From Leucoraja ocellata (Eukaryota), in the NCBI GenBank assembly GCA_036785375.1, contig JAWMAR010000175.1:2976001-3040000 (forward strand): a stretch of DNA of 64,000 bases. Reading direction: 5' to 3'. Made by a program: the position numbers and the translations under genes. Below the pieces are notes generated by a model that saw only the letters and a program-made list of their open reading frames with translations, ran no database searches and was not told the origin of the DNA. Positions 23,740 to 36,920 of this stretch are shown here, one piece after another (the first letter of the stretch is position 1; every line of letters begins with the position of its first letter).

Positions 23740-25149
23740 ATCTCCCACACTTCACATCAATGGAGAAAACTACACACTTGCTGTCATCACTACAAATTCC
23801 ATGTGGAACGCAGAGACAATGAAAATTGAGAACTTAGTGATGAATGCAGTCACTGATTTTCATTTCTATCCTATTTTGGATCACATAGCACATTAAAACA
23901 TGTCGCATCAGGGTCCAACTTCAAGGCATTTGTGTCTATACACCAAGAGCCTTGTAAGCTTTTCAACTTTTCCGGCTCTCCACTTTAAACTAGCACCTTG
24001 AGAAGTTTTTTAATATGAAAACACTTGAGATCTCTGTGTTCCTATATCCCTCTTTGTCTTGAACATTTAGTTGCCATCTTAACCCTTCACTCTTCCTTCC
24101 AACATATCGTACAAAACACCTCTCTTGCAGCTGCCCTTTGCTCTTCAACAAGGCAGCTTCCAGCATCTTAGAGACGTACAACAGGGAAACAGGCCCTTCG
24201 GCCCAACTTGCCCATGCAGACCAACGTTCCCCATCAACGCTGGTCCCATTTGTCTGTGTTTGGCCCATATCTCACTAAACAGTTCCTATCTATGTCGAAC
24301 TTGGCCGAGGTCATTGCCTCTCTTCATTGCCCCATTGGTTGCTAGGCCTAGGATCATTTAACGAGTCCATTCTCAACTAGTTTAACATAAAGACCTTCTG
24401 AACATTTGGACTTCACAATCCACGCAGTCAATTCCTGATTTGTATTCATTTTTAGTTTGCAGGGAAACTGGATCACGAACCAAATGAGTCAAATAGAGTT
24501 TGCCTTCAAACCTTGCCATTGTTTGCCATTCATCCAGAATTTGGGTACGGGTGGAGTTTGCACGTTTTCCCCCATAACCGCGTGGGTTTCCAGTTTCCTC
24601 GCACATCCGTGGGCCGAAGGGCCTGTTTCCATGCTGTATCTCTAAACTTAATGACCCGTCCCATCTGAATTCTGCTTCAATATATTGCAAAGTTTCTTAA
24701 AAACAGTGTGAACTCTTGTCTTCCTTGTGGCATAACGCATTTCTTGTTCTGTGCACTGTGTTCTCAGTGTGGTTTATAAATGATTCAAAAGCTACTGAGC
24801 TGCGGTAGCTTAAATGAGTGGAGCTACCTGTGAGCGTGTGGATTTCCTGTGTAATGGTGTTACTCTGCACCTTATCGCAGTCTGATCTACCATCCGAGAG
24901 CTAGGCTGAGGCAGCCAGCCCATTTGCAGAGCTGCCATTCCAGCTCGCTGTTTCCTCAGCACTGTAAACAGTTTGGCCCTCGACACAAGCGACAGCCTAA
25001 CGCTGGCACCGTAAATCTTCATCCTATTTGGAACCATTCTGCTTTTAATTGAATCCCGCAGCATGCAACGCATGGAACAAAGGGAAATTAATTAATTTGC
25101 AAATATATCTTTGCAAAGAGACAACAGAACCAAATACTAAGTGCCTCCC

Positions 25150-25437
25150 AGCTGCTCTGCCTCACAGCGCCAGAGATCCGGGTTTGATCTTGACCTCGGT
25201 GGCTGTCTGCGTGGAGTTTGCACACTTCCCCTGTGACCACGTGGGTTTCCTCAGGGTGCTCTGGTTTCCTCCCACATCCGAAATTCTTGCAGGTTTGTAG
25301 GTTAATTGGCCCTGTGTGAATCTGTCGCTCATGTGTAAGGAGTGGATGAGAAAAAGGGGGATAACACAGCATTAACGTGAGCTGGTGACTGATGGCCGGT
25401 GTAGACTCGGTGGCCTATTTCCATGTTGTATCTTTAA
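25150..25437 (+). mobile_element. HE1-type SINE
   Basis: CTGCCTCACAGCGCCAGAGATCCGGGTTTGATC head and V-SINE core. Confidence 0.85.
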
Positions 25438-26009
25438 ACGCAACTACTGATCACAATTTCGGGTTCTGTCAACTCTAATGATTGATGTTTTCCAATCGGC
25501 CAGTTTTCTTACGGTTCGACAGTTAGGTAATGAAAACAATGCAAAAAAGTCACTTTCAGAAACAACAGCGACAGTCCAGGCCTTTTACACAACAAAACCT
25601 TTGTTAAAAAGTAACTGGAGGCTAAGGAGTTCCTTTTCAAATGTCACTGTAATACATACGAACGTTTGTTCAAGCAATCTTGGCTCAATGCATGTTATCC
25701 GTAGGTAATGGTTTATTCATAGTTGAGGGTCTGAGTTACAGGGCCAATAGTTCTAGTTGAACATTATTAGTATCATTGCAAGTGGGCGACAGAAAATGTG
25801 ACAATGTACGCTTTCTTTATTAGACTGAAGCAACACTTTTTGTCAACCCTTTTTGTCATTTTGCAGCCCGCTTTTGCAATCTTACCACGACTGTCGTTAA
25901 TATATGCAGCACCGCCAGTGGCGGTAATATTAGAATGAATTCAACGGCACAAACACAATGACAGCCATCCTGCCGAGATGTGGCCTCTGATTCTCACGGC
26001 AGCCTGTTC

Positions 26010-26315
26010 AGAGTTTGGTTTTGGAGATATAGCAATGGAAACGGAACCTTCGGCCCACCGAGCCCACAACGGCCATCGATCACCCATTCGCACTATCCCC
26101 ATTTTCTCATCCGCTCCCTGCACACCAGGGGCAATTTGCAGAGGGACAATGAATCAACAAACCTGCACGGCTGTGGGATGTGGGAGGAAACCGGAGCACT
26201 CGGAGGAAATCCACACGCTCACAGGGAGAACGTGCAAACTCCACATGGACAGTACCCGAGGACAGGATTGAATCTGGGTCTCTGACACCGTGAGGTAGTA
26301 GCTTTACCAGCTGTG
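26010..26315 (-). mobile_element. HE1-type SINE (diverged)
   Basis: Homology to other copies (TGTGGGAGGAAACCGGAGCAC, GGGAGAACGTGCAAACTCC). Confidence 0.8.
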
Positions 26316-26819
26316 TTACTGTTAAACATAATGTTCTGGGAAGTGGAAGCTACGAATCCTACAATGTATGTACAACACTGTAAACTGCACCACCGCCCAG
26401 TTCTCTCACTAAATCCCCAGCACAGGGGCACACCAACAACAACTGGGATGTAATCAAAAATATTCACTCACGTATTTTTATAACCAGAGGACAAATCAGA
26501 GGCTCAGGGCAGACACTAAATATTTTGAGATTTATTCCCTGGAAACACTTTGAGCTAAGTTATTTTCTAAGTAAACATCATTTGTGATAATGTTTCATCA
26601 TTCAAAAACACTGAGATACACATTCAACATGAATAATGATCCATACCATTGGATAAAGAGAAGTCATTTCTAAATGTTAACCTCACTGTCTGCCGGAGGG
26701 ATTTAACAGGGTGGTGTTGTTTTATTGATTGAGGGCAGTAGACTGAGTTGTCATTACTGATGGTTTATCCACGGAGGCTGTAAGGATGGGGCTGAGTAAT
26801 AAAAAGGAGATGATGGCCT

Positions 26820-27512
26820 TGTCGGGAGTGTACTTTGGTGCGAGGTGCTGCATTTTGGAAAGCAAACAAGGGCACGACTGTCACAGCGAATGTTAGGGAT
26901 CTGGAGAGTGTTGCAGAGCAGACGGATCGGGCAGGACAAGTGGCGTCATAACTAGATCGGGCGGTGAGGGCAGCTTTTGATCACAGTGCCCTTTGCCAGT
27001 CGAGTCGCTGAGTACAGAAGTTGGGAGATTGTCCAAGCTGCGGACGACTCTGCGCCCGGCCTATTGTGTCCAGGTGTGGTCACCCTCCTGCTTGAATGTG
27101 TGGGGGGGGGGGGGGGGGAAGATTCACGAGGGCGTGGCCTGGACTCCGGGGCCTAGGCTGGAGGGAGCAGCACAGTAGATTAGGCCTCTAACCCTTGGAG
27201 CACAGGAGGATGAGGGGTGATGCAATAGAGGTGTACAAAATCATGAGGGGTAAAGGCACAGTCTTTTACCTAGAATAGAGGAATCAAGGGCTAGAGGTTT
27301 AAGGTGAGAGAAGAAAGATTTAATAGAAACCATTTTTCACTCAGAGGGTGGTGGGTGTGTGGAACGAGCTGCCAGAGGAGGTAGTTGAGGCAACATTTAA
27401 AAATCATTTGGACAGACACAAGGATGTGGGCCCACGGCATTAGAAGGGGTATTTGGTCTGCATGGACAAGTCAGGCTGAAGGGCCTGTTTCCGCGCGAGC
27501 TGACGCTATGAC
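26820..27512 (+). mobile_element. Old CR1-type LINE fragment
   Basis: CEVLHFGK, YCVQVWSP and FFTQRVVGVWNELP remnants. Confidence 0.7.
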
Positions 27513-29043
27513 TATAACAAGCGACATTTTATGCTTACCTGAAAGGACGGTGTCACTGCATGTGGAGTGAAGTGTGCACCAGCTGTAAACTAGCTCTCGC
27601 TCACACAAAATACCCTTCCCCTGTTAACAAGTACAGTACCATACTCCAGTCCTCAACACACTTCTGAAGGAATACATCAACTGCGTCTCATTCACGAGTC
27701 TGAAGTCAGTAGACAAGAGGCAAATATTTTTGCAGAATGGAAATTTTACCAAAGACTGAGCCCATTTTCTGACACCACCCACCATGTGGTTTCCTGTTAA
27801 CCCAGCTCTCTAAACTTCTTTAAAACAACATTATTCCTCCTACACTTCACATTTTCTCTGATCGGCAGACCATTGACATAACGTACATGCCTCACATCCC
27901 AGCAGCAGAAGTTTCCACAGCAGCTTCACAATCACTAAGTGCCGTTTGTTAGTTGAGAACCATCTTGGAACAACTGAACACGCACCACTTGATTGATTGT
28001 AAATTGGTTACAAAACATCCAGTGATCCTCCCATGAAGTGTGTACCTGCTAATCCTGCAGGCGGAATCCTTCCTGGTGTTTATGAGAGTGAGGGCATCGA
28101 GGAAGAGCAGGAGCGAGCAGCCTGCCTCTGCGGTAATCCTGCGGCAGGTGCAATGGGGAGTCAGCTGGCCCCGGAAGTTCTCTTCACACGTACCTTCAAA
28201 GCAGAGTTCTCCATCTGTTTGCTCTCTCGGTTCGCCAATACTTTTTAAAACAATATATATTGGCGGTACAAAGTATCAGGGACTCGGAAAAAAATTCCCA
28301 GGGTAGATGGAGGACGTTTAGCCTGTCCCCTCTGTGCCAGTCATCCTTCCAGTGCTCACTCGTGTCCTTATCACCAACTCAAACAATGAGCTCCAGCCTT
28401 TATCTCGCTCTCAACATAGAACAGTACAGCACAGGAACAGGCCCTTCAGCCCATAATGTTTGTGCTGAACATGATGCCAAGTTAAATTGATCTCATCTGC
28501 CTGTAAATGATCCAGACCCCTCTATTCCTTTACTTCCATGTACCTATCTAAAAGCATCTTAAACTATCTGCTTCCACCACCACCATGCATTCCTGGCCTC
28601 CACTGCACGGTGTAAAAAAAAATTCCACCCTGGAAAACGGTTCTGACTATCTACGCCTCTGGTTTGAATATCGGCCCCATAGCAGAAGCGTCCACATCGT
28701 GGGGCTGCAAACTGAGCTAATTCTACTACCACCATCTACTGCAACAAGTGATGGCTACCACAGGACAGACGATGACAGCGAGGTCAACATTTGATACATG
28801 GAAGATGGACACGAAAATATAATTTGAATCTCTTCATCAACACCCTTGATCTTGCACCACAGACTTGAGTTTAGTACTATTGTGGTTACTGGGTATTACT
28901 GTTACTATAATTATCGATTATTATATGTATCTATGATTTATCGCATGAACAAGCTTGTAAAGCTGCAGCAAGTATTAGTTTCATTGCCTGTTGCCGGTAC
29001 ATATGACAACTCTTGACTCTCTCTGAACTGGGTCATTCGATGA

Positions 29044-29420
29044 AGTCAAGTCACGTGTATTCGTCACATACACATACGAGATGTGCAGTTAAATGAAAAG
29101 TGGCAATGCTCGCGGATTGTGCAAAAAACAAACAAAACTACAAACAAAATATTCACATATTACATATTTGTGGGAGGGGGGGGGGGGGGAAGAAAGGGAA
29201 AAAAAACAGCAATTTTAAAAAGACACCACACAACAGTAGAGTGGTTCAGTAAGGTTAGTCCCTGGAGAGATAGCCGTTTACAGTCCGAATGGCCTCTGGG
29301 AAGAAACTCCTTCTCATCCTCTCCGTTCTCACAGCATGGCAGCGGAGGCGTTTGCCTGACTGTAGCAGCTGGAACAGTCCGTTGCTGGGGTGGAAGGGGT
29401 CTCTCATGATCTTGTTAGCT
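29044..29420 (-). mobile_element. Rex1-type LINE 3' fragment
   Basis: (GACTT)n tail; CRENGEDEKEFLPRGH-type frameshifted remnant; same UTR at 31571-31783. Confidence 0.65.
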
Positions 29421-29471
29421 CTGGAGTCACTTGCAACAGCCTTATGGTTCCATCAACTATTATTCTTTGCT

Positions 29472-30495
29472 GTAGGAAGGAACTGCAGATGGACCTGCTG
29501 TTTAAACCAAAGATAGACACAAAATGCTGGAGTAACTCAGCGGGACAGGCAGCATCTCTGGAGAGAAGGAATGGGCGACGTTTCGGGTCGAGACCCTTCT
29601 TCAGACTGGTTAGGGAAAAGTGAAACGAGAGATATAGTTGGTGATGTGGAGAGATAAGGAACAATGAATGAAAGATATGCAAAAAAGTAATGATGATAAA
29701 GGAAACAGGCCATTGTTAGCTGTTTGTTGGGTGATAACAAGAAGCTGGTGCGACTTGGGTGGGGGAGGGATGGAGAGAGAGGGAATGCCGGGGCTACCTG
29801 AAGTGAGGGAAATCAATATTCATACCACTGGGCTGTAAGCTGCCCAAGTGAAATATGAGATGCTGTTCCTCCAATTTGCGTTTAGCCTCACTCTGACAAT
29901 GGAGGAGACAGAGGACAGAAAGGTCTGTGTCAGAATGGAAAGGAGAATTAAAGTGTCTGGCAACCGGGAGATCAGGTTGGTTCAGGCGGGCTGAGTGAAG
30001 GTGTTCCGTGAAACGATCGCCCAGTCTGCGTTTGGTCTCGCTGATGTACAAGAGTTCACATCTTGAACAATGGATACAGTAGATGAGGTGCAAGTGAAGC
30101 TCTGCCTAACCTGAAAGGACTGTCGGGGTCCCTGGACGAGGGAAGAGTTACAGCGACAGGTGTTGCATCTTCTGCGGTTGCAGTGGAAGGTACCTGGGGA
30201 GTGGTTTGGGTGGGTAGGGACGAGTTAACCAGGGAGTTGCGGAGGGAATGGTCTCTGCGGAAGGTGGAAAGGGGTGGAGATGGTGGGATCCCGTTGGAGG
30301 TGGAGAAAATGTTGGAGGATTATGTGTCGTATGCGATGGCTGATGGGGTGGAGAGGAAGGACTAGGGGGACTCTGTCTCTGTTGCGATTGGGGGGAGGGG
30401 GAGCAAGGCGGAGCTGCGAGACACTGAGGAGACACGAGTGAGGGTCTCATCTATGATGGGACAGCTGGGGGTTCCCTAAAGACTGAGAACATCCC
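29472..30495 (-). mobile_element. Penelope-like element 3' part (family A)
   Basis: LIYCIHCSRCELLYISETKRRLGDRFTEH (GIY-YIG); intact core CTGAAGAAGGGTCTCGACCCGAAACGTC on minus at ~29577-29604. Confidence 0.9.
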
Positions 30496-30629
30496 TGGCA
30501 TGGAACCCTTTGCTTGCTGTATTAGGAGGATTCCTGACCCAAAATGTTGCCTGTCCATTCCTTCCACAGATACTGCCTGACCCCATGGATTACTCCAGCA
30601 CTTTCTGTTTTGCTTCATGTTATGTCTTC

Positions 30630-30895
30630 CCCATCTCACCTTAAACCCGTGCCCTATAGTTCTTGATTCCCTTACCATGGGTAAAGGTCTTTATTCATTC
30701 ACCCGATCTATTCCCCTCATGATTTTATTCACCTTCATAAGATCACCCCTCATCCTCCTGAGCTCCAAGGAATAAAGTCCCATGGCCTGCCCAACCTCTC
30801 CCTGTAGCTCAGCCCCTCAAGTCTTGGCAACATCCCCGTAAATCTTCTCTGCACTCTTTCCATCTTAACGACATGCTTCCTGAAGAAGGGTGACC
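30630..30895 (-). mobile_element. CR1-type LINE fragment
   Basis: WSPFFRKHVVKMERVQRRFTGMLPRLEGLSYRERL. Confidence 0.8.
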
Positions 30896-30923
30896 AATTT
30901 GTGGCATGTAGAATGATTCTTAA

Positions 30924-31243
30924 TAGCCAGTTCCCACTGTACGAGTTCATTCCAAGAGCTCTCCCAAATTTGGCCTGATTCGAAATCGGAGATTTACGGT
31001 AATGGCCGCTCGTTAGTACTCGGGGGCTCTCGTGGACATTTTTCAACATGTTGCAAAATCTTCACGAGTCTTCCCGTGCTTACCTGCCGTTAGCGAGTCT
31101 TCCCGAGTACCTGCCGTTAACGCTAAGAGACGTCCCCGAGCTCCGACGTACCCGCTACGTACATTCTCCGTGCTTGCCACGAGTTTGATTTTTTTTAAAC
31201 TCGGGAGAGCACTTGAATGAACGCGTACCGTGGGACAGGGCTT
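30924..31243. mobile_element. Harbinger-type MITE
   Basis: TIR ...TCCCACTGTACG / CGTACCGTGGGACAGGGCTT; flanks TAA/TAA; reverse orientation of 19628. Confidence 0.85.
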
Positions 31244-31548
31244 TAATGGTCAATCAGTCCATTTAAAAAAAATCAATAAAGGTAATTTGTTCAATATGCT
31301 GAGACACGGAGACATTCAATAAGCCCAAGTTCTTTGCCACTGTAGATTCCTGTGCACTGGTATGACAAAGTCATTAAATGATCTGATAATTTGGCGCCAA
31401 CTTCTCTTACACTCTGCACACAGTGCGTTAATCAGCCGGGTGTGAGAAATCTCAATAACAAAATGTTTTAAAAATGTAAGAACATTCTCAATCTAGAATG
31501 ACAACCACACAGACCTTTATGTGCCTGTCCCACTTGGATGACCTAATC

Positions 31549-32113
31549 CAGGGGTGGGGAACCTTTTCACGTCAAGTCAAGTCAAGTCAAGTTTATTTGT
31601 CACATACACATACGAGATGTGCAGTGAAATGAAAGTGGCAATGCTCGCGGACTTTTGTGCAAAAGACAAACAACAAAACAACCAAACAAATTATAAACAC
31701 AATCATAACACACATATTCTTTTACATAATAAATAATAGAAGGAAAAACGTTCTGTAGAGTTAGTCCCTGGTGAGAAAGGCGTTGGAATGCCGCATTAAG
31801 TTAGCTGTAATCTAATAAGGCTGCATCCCAGAAACTTCAATTACATATACTTCAAAATGTTCATTATTTTGTTAAAATAGCCCTCATGACTTACTAATAT
31901 TTTAATTGTGGCCGTCAGTCAGGGAGGATTATTTTGTTGAATCTTCTTTTACTCTTCGGTATTTTAAATACGTTCATTTTAAGATTAAAATAACAATAAT
32001 AAAAGATGAACAAAAACATATTAATAATAATAAAAGGATTTGTTCTACAAAATTTGGATTCATTCAAAAGGCCGCACTTAATGGCCTAGAAGGCCGCAGG
32101 TTGCCCACCCCTG
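31549..32113. mobile_element. hAT-type non-autonomous element
   Basis: TIR CAGGGGTGGGGAACCT / AGGTTGCCCACCCCTG; 8-bp TSD ACCTAATC / ACCTAGTC. Confidence 0.88.
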
Positions 32114-32364
32114 ACCTAGTCCACGGGTTTAGAAGACCCTAAACGAGTTGAAAAAAATGTCACGGCCGTGTTGACATGCCGAAGTAAAAGACCTCCTACG
32201 ACCATGTCTACGACCTCCACCTTGACCAACCTAAGTCTTCCACACCTAAGACCAACTACGACGAGCTACGAGTGGAAAATGATCACATGATAAAATGATG
32301 TCATATTTGCATTTTTTTCCTCAGGCCAGTTACTGACCTACGACTGCCTACAACTACCATCACC

Positions 32365-32452
32365 ACCTACCTACGACCTACCTACGACCTACCTACGACC
32401 TACCTACGACATACCTACGACCTACCTACGACCTACCTACGACCGACCTACG
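32365..32452. repeat. 11-bp minisatellite (ACCTACCTACG)x8
   Basis: Direct reading; two units carry single substitutions. Confidence 0.9.
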
Positions 32453-33239
32453 TGTAAAAAGTATCATTTTTTTCCATGCCAAACTTTTTTTCACTCATGG
32501 ACATTTTTCCATCAGGCTGGAAAAAATGACGCGACCTACTTGAGGCCACGGGTACGTGGAGACCACTCTCGAGCACGAGGAAGAGTTATGAAGACCTCCT
32601 ACGACCTCTTGGCGACCATGCTGCGAGTACGAGTCAAGGGCAAACTCGGCAGAGGTCGCCAATTAGGTCATGAAAGTGGGACACCGGCTTTACTAATGCT
32701 GCTTTGTTAAATGTTATTTGGAGGTAAGAAGTACATTGATAAACTCACAATCTACGATTACACTGAGCAACTTTTTCCGATAGCCCCATTTTACACGTGA
32801 CGTCCATGTAAACATTGCGGGAATGATGCAGTCATTTTGACATTTGTTTCTAACCATTAGTTTTCTGATGAGTTCAGCAGATTCCGTGACATCAGCAGTA
32901 GAGGCAGTGGAAAGCTGGCTAACATTGTTGGTCCACAGGCACAGCGGCTCCTGTGGTGAGCTCATGGCATTGAGCTGAGACCATGCCCATCATCACTGCC
33001 ACACTGCCTCTAGTTATGGCTGGGCATTCACTTCAACTAAAGCTTCTTAGAGTCATGGACATATGCAGCACAGCCCACCTTGTCCATCCAACACGTTGGA
33101 ACATTGCGCTGGTCCAATTTGTCACATTTGGCTCATGGACCTCTAGACCCTCCATCCATATACCTGTCCCAACATCTTCTGTAAATGTTAAATATAGGCT
33201 TCTGCATTGTTCATTATGGCAACGGCAATTAAATAAACT

Positions 33240-33241
33240 CT

Positions 33242-33323
<82 letters not shown>

Positions 33324-33426
33324 CTGTGTGTGAGTGTGTCACTGTGTGTGAGTGTGTCACTGTGTGTGTGTGTGTGTGTGTGTTTGTCACTGTGTGTGTG
33401 TGTGTGTGACTGTGTGTGTGAGTGTG
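33240..33426. repeat. (TG)n microsatellite abutting N gap
   Basis: Direct reading. Confidence 0.95.
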
Positions 33427-34519
33427 NNNNNNNNNNNNNNNNNNNNNNNNNNNNNNNNNNNNNNNNNNNNNNNNNNNNNNNNNNNNNNNNNNNNNNNNNN
33501 NNNNNNNNNNNNNNNNNNNNNNNNNNNNNNNNNNNNNNNNNNNNNNNNNNNNNNNNNNNNNNNNNNNNNNNNNNNNNNNNNNNNNNNNNNNNNNNNNNNN
33601 NNNNNNNNNNNNNNNNNNNNNNNNNNNNNNNNNNNNNNNNNNNNNNNNNNNNNNNNNNNNNNNNNNNNNNNNNNNNNNNNNNNNNNNNNNNNNNNNNNNN
33701 NNNNNNNNNNNNNNNNNNNNNNNNNNNNNNNNNNNNNNNNNNNNNNNNNNNNNNNNNNNNNNNNNNNNNNNNNNNNNNNNNNNNNNNNNNNNNACCCCAT
33801 GGCTTCCAGCTCTCGGTTGGGGCTCAAAGAGGATTTCAGACCAGCCTGACCCGCTGAGTTACTCCAGCACTTTGTGGATTGTTTTGTAAACCAGCATCTG
33901 CAGGTCCACTGGTTGTGGTAGCCATGGCTACTGAAGGCAGTGCCGAGATCTCCTTGCTACGAGACCTTTTGTTCATGCCAGGATAGTAGAAGTGTTTGTG
34001 GTTGGGTGTGTGGGTGGATGGCAGCAGCAGGCATGACCCTGGTGAGGCGGGCGTGGAAGAATGCCCCACTGTGATGGTGTCGATTCCAGAGAGTCTTTAC
34101 ACACTACACTTAACAAACTATCTGGGTGACAATTAAGGAGGCCACAGAGAGTGGTAGACACTGTCCAGCCCATCACGAGTGAAGATGTCCCCATGGTTAA
34201 AGGGATCTACAGTTGGCACTGCCTCAAGAAGGCAGCCAGCATCATCAAAGACCCACACCACCCTGGCCTTCACAGCTTCTTTCTGTGCCTGTTCATTGAT
34301 GAATTATTGTCATTGCATCTTTTATGTCCATTTGAAACGACACTCGTGGCCTTCTCATCACAACTTTCATATAAAATGGTGCAGCCTCAGGATTGGACTG
34401 GACCAGCTGCCTGGATGGTTGGGTTCTTCAGAGGGAGGTGAATCCATGAAGTTGGGATAGAGGCTGAGCCAGAGCTCATGCAATCTATCTGAAGCAACGA
34501 CAGTGTAGTAATTGTAATT

Positions 34520-35100
34520 GGTATAGAGTTATACAGCACGGAAAGAGGCCCTTCGGCCCAACTCGCCCCATCTATTCTCCTCATGATTTTATGACAGATC
34601 GTTCCATAGATTCACTGCCCTCTAAGTGAAAAGTTTCCCCTCAGGTTTGTACTAAATCTTGTCCCTCCCACTTTAAACCTATTCCTGGTTCTTGACTCCC
34701 CTACTCCGTGTTAAACATCACATACATTAACCCTATCTATTCCCCTCATGATCTGATACATCTCTACAAGATCACCCCTTCAGCCTCCTGCACTCCAAGG
34801 AATAGTGTCCTAGTCTGCCCCAACCTCTCCTTGTAGCCCAGCCCCTCAAGTCCTGGCAACATCCTTGAAAATCTTCTCTGCGCTTTTTCCAACTTAATGA
34901 CATCCTTCCGACAACAGAGTGAGCAAAACAGATGACAATATGTCTGAAGAAGGGTTTCGGCCCGAAACGTTGCCTATTTCCTTCGCTCCATAGATGCTGC
35001 TGCTGCACCCGCTGAGTTTCTCCAGCATTTTTGTGTACCGACAATATGCTGCATGTGGCCTTACTAATGACTTGTAAAACCGTGACATAACAACCCAACC
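34520..35100 (-). mobile_element. CR1-type LINE fragment interrupted by Penelope insert
   Basis: FYKSLVRPHAAYC split at 34943-35039; LGHYSLECRRLKG. Confidence 0.75.
34943..35039 (+). mobile_element. 97-bp single-arm Penelope-derived insert starting at the hammerhead core
   Basis: TCTGAAGAAGGGTTTCGGCCCGAAACGTT...GTGTACC; 9-bp TSD GACAATATG at 34934-34942 and 35040-35048. Confidence 0.88.
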
Positions 35101-35985
35101 TCTCTACTTAACATGGTCACAAAGTGCTGAAGTAACTCACTGGCTCAGGACCATCTCTGGAGAAAAAGGACGGGCAATGTTTTGGGTCAGTCTGAAGAAG
35201 GGTCCTGACCCAAAATGGCGGCCATCCTTTTTCTCCAGAGATGATGCCCGACCCGTTGAGTTACTCCAGCATTTGTGTCTATCTTCGGTATAAATCAGCA
35301 CCTGCAATTTTTCGTTGCTGCACTCTGTACTGATGAAGGCCAATGTACCGAAAGCCTTCTGTCTATTCTAGACACAAAATGCTGGAGTAACAGCGGGTCA
35401 GGCAGAATCTCTGGATGAAAGGAATAGGTGGCGTTTTGGGTGGGACCCCTTCTTCAGACTAAACAGGGTCGGCAACAGATGACCTCAGGAAGGGCGGACT
35501 CCATAATGGACCTCAGTTCCTACCTACGCATTCTGACCATGTGATATTGTTTTATCATTACTGGGGAGAACGTGAGTGGTATTGTGTGAAAAATGACTTT
35601 GTTATGTTGCTTCTTGTTCCATCACGAAGCCCCAAGCGTTTTCAGTTCCACTTTCAGTGCGTAGCTGGTGTGAGGGCACACACAAGCACTGTGTGGAAAC
35701 TGTGAAGATGGATAACAACAGGCCTCTTGTGAGCCAGCACAAAAACACTGCCACCATCTACAGAAAAATAGCTGCAACCTCTGCTCGGTAAATCTTAGAG
35801 ACACGAGGAACTGCAGGTGCTGGAATCGTGAGCAAAATGCAATGTACTGGAGGAACTCAGTGGGTCAGGCAGCATCTGTGAAGGCAATGAAGGGCCACGC
35901 CCCGGAACGTTGCCTGTCAATTGCCCCCACCGATGCTGCATGACCCCGCCGAGTTCCTCCAGCACTGTGTGTTCTTTGCACAAAG

Positions 35986-36587
35986 AATAGAAACATAGAA
36001 CATAGAAACATAGAAATTAGGTGCAGGAGTAGGCCATTCGGCCCTTCGAGCCTGCACCGCCATTCAATATGATCATGGCTGATCATCCAACTCAGTATCC
36101 CGTACCTGCCTTCTCTCCATACCCCCTGATCCCCTTAGCCACAAGGACCACATCTAACTCCCTCTTAAATATAGCCAATGAACTGGCCTCAACTACCCTC
36201 TGTGGCAGAGAGTTCCAGAGATTCACCACTCTCTGTGTGAAAAAAGTTCTTCTCATCTCGGTTTTAAAGGATTTCCCCCTTATCCTTAAGCTGTGACCCC
36301 TGGTCCTGGACTTCCCCAACATCGGGAACAATCTTCCTGCATCTAGCCTGTCCAACCCCTTAAGAATTTTGTAAGTTTCTATAAGACCCCCTCTCAATCT
36401 TCTAAATTCTAGAGAGTATAAACCAAGTCTATCCAGTCTTTCTTCATAAGACAGTCCTGACATCCCAGGAATCAGTCTGGTGAACCGTCTCTGCACTCCC
36501 TCTATGGCAATAATGTCCTTCCTCGGATTTGGAGACCAAAACTGTACGCAATACTCCAGGTGTGGTCTCACCAAGACCCTGTACAAC
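35986..36587 (-). mobile_element. CR1/HER1 LINE 3' fragment
   Basis: Open ORF2 C-terminus 36092-36586; (TTTCTATG)n tail. Confidence 0.9.
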
Positions 36588-36920
36588 TATATCACCAGAT
36601 GTTTCTAAAACATGAAAAGGCATGACATACTTGTATTGCAGTTCCTCATACAAAACCTTGAGCACTAGAGACAGCTCAACAACGTTTAACGACGTTTTAA
36701 TGGTACCACAATTACATTTAAAAATACATTGGGAAAGGTACATGGGTTGGAAAGATTCAGAGGGATATGGGCCAAACACGGACAGGGCTAGTGTAGATGA
36801 GGCATGTTGGTCGGGATGGGCAAGATGGGCCAGAGGGCCTGTTTCCATGTTGTATGAATCTATTTAGTTTACTTCAGGTTTTGATTTTGAAATGGGCCAA
36901 ACTACCACATGAACTGTGAT

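Larger units (their letters stand above)
31520..32689. mobile_element. Harbinger-type MITE hosting nested insertions
   Basis: TTA-TGTGCCTGTCCCACTT ... AAGTGGGACACCGGCT-TTA; interior related to 892-1336. Confidence 0.8.

Noticed and set aside
32365-32452. CRISPR-like array
   Set aside because: Tandem 11-mers without spacers, eukaryotic context, no cas genes
33330-33889. Long ORFs with CV repeats and X runs
   Set aside because: Artefacts of the (TG)n tract and N gap
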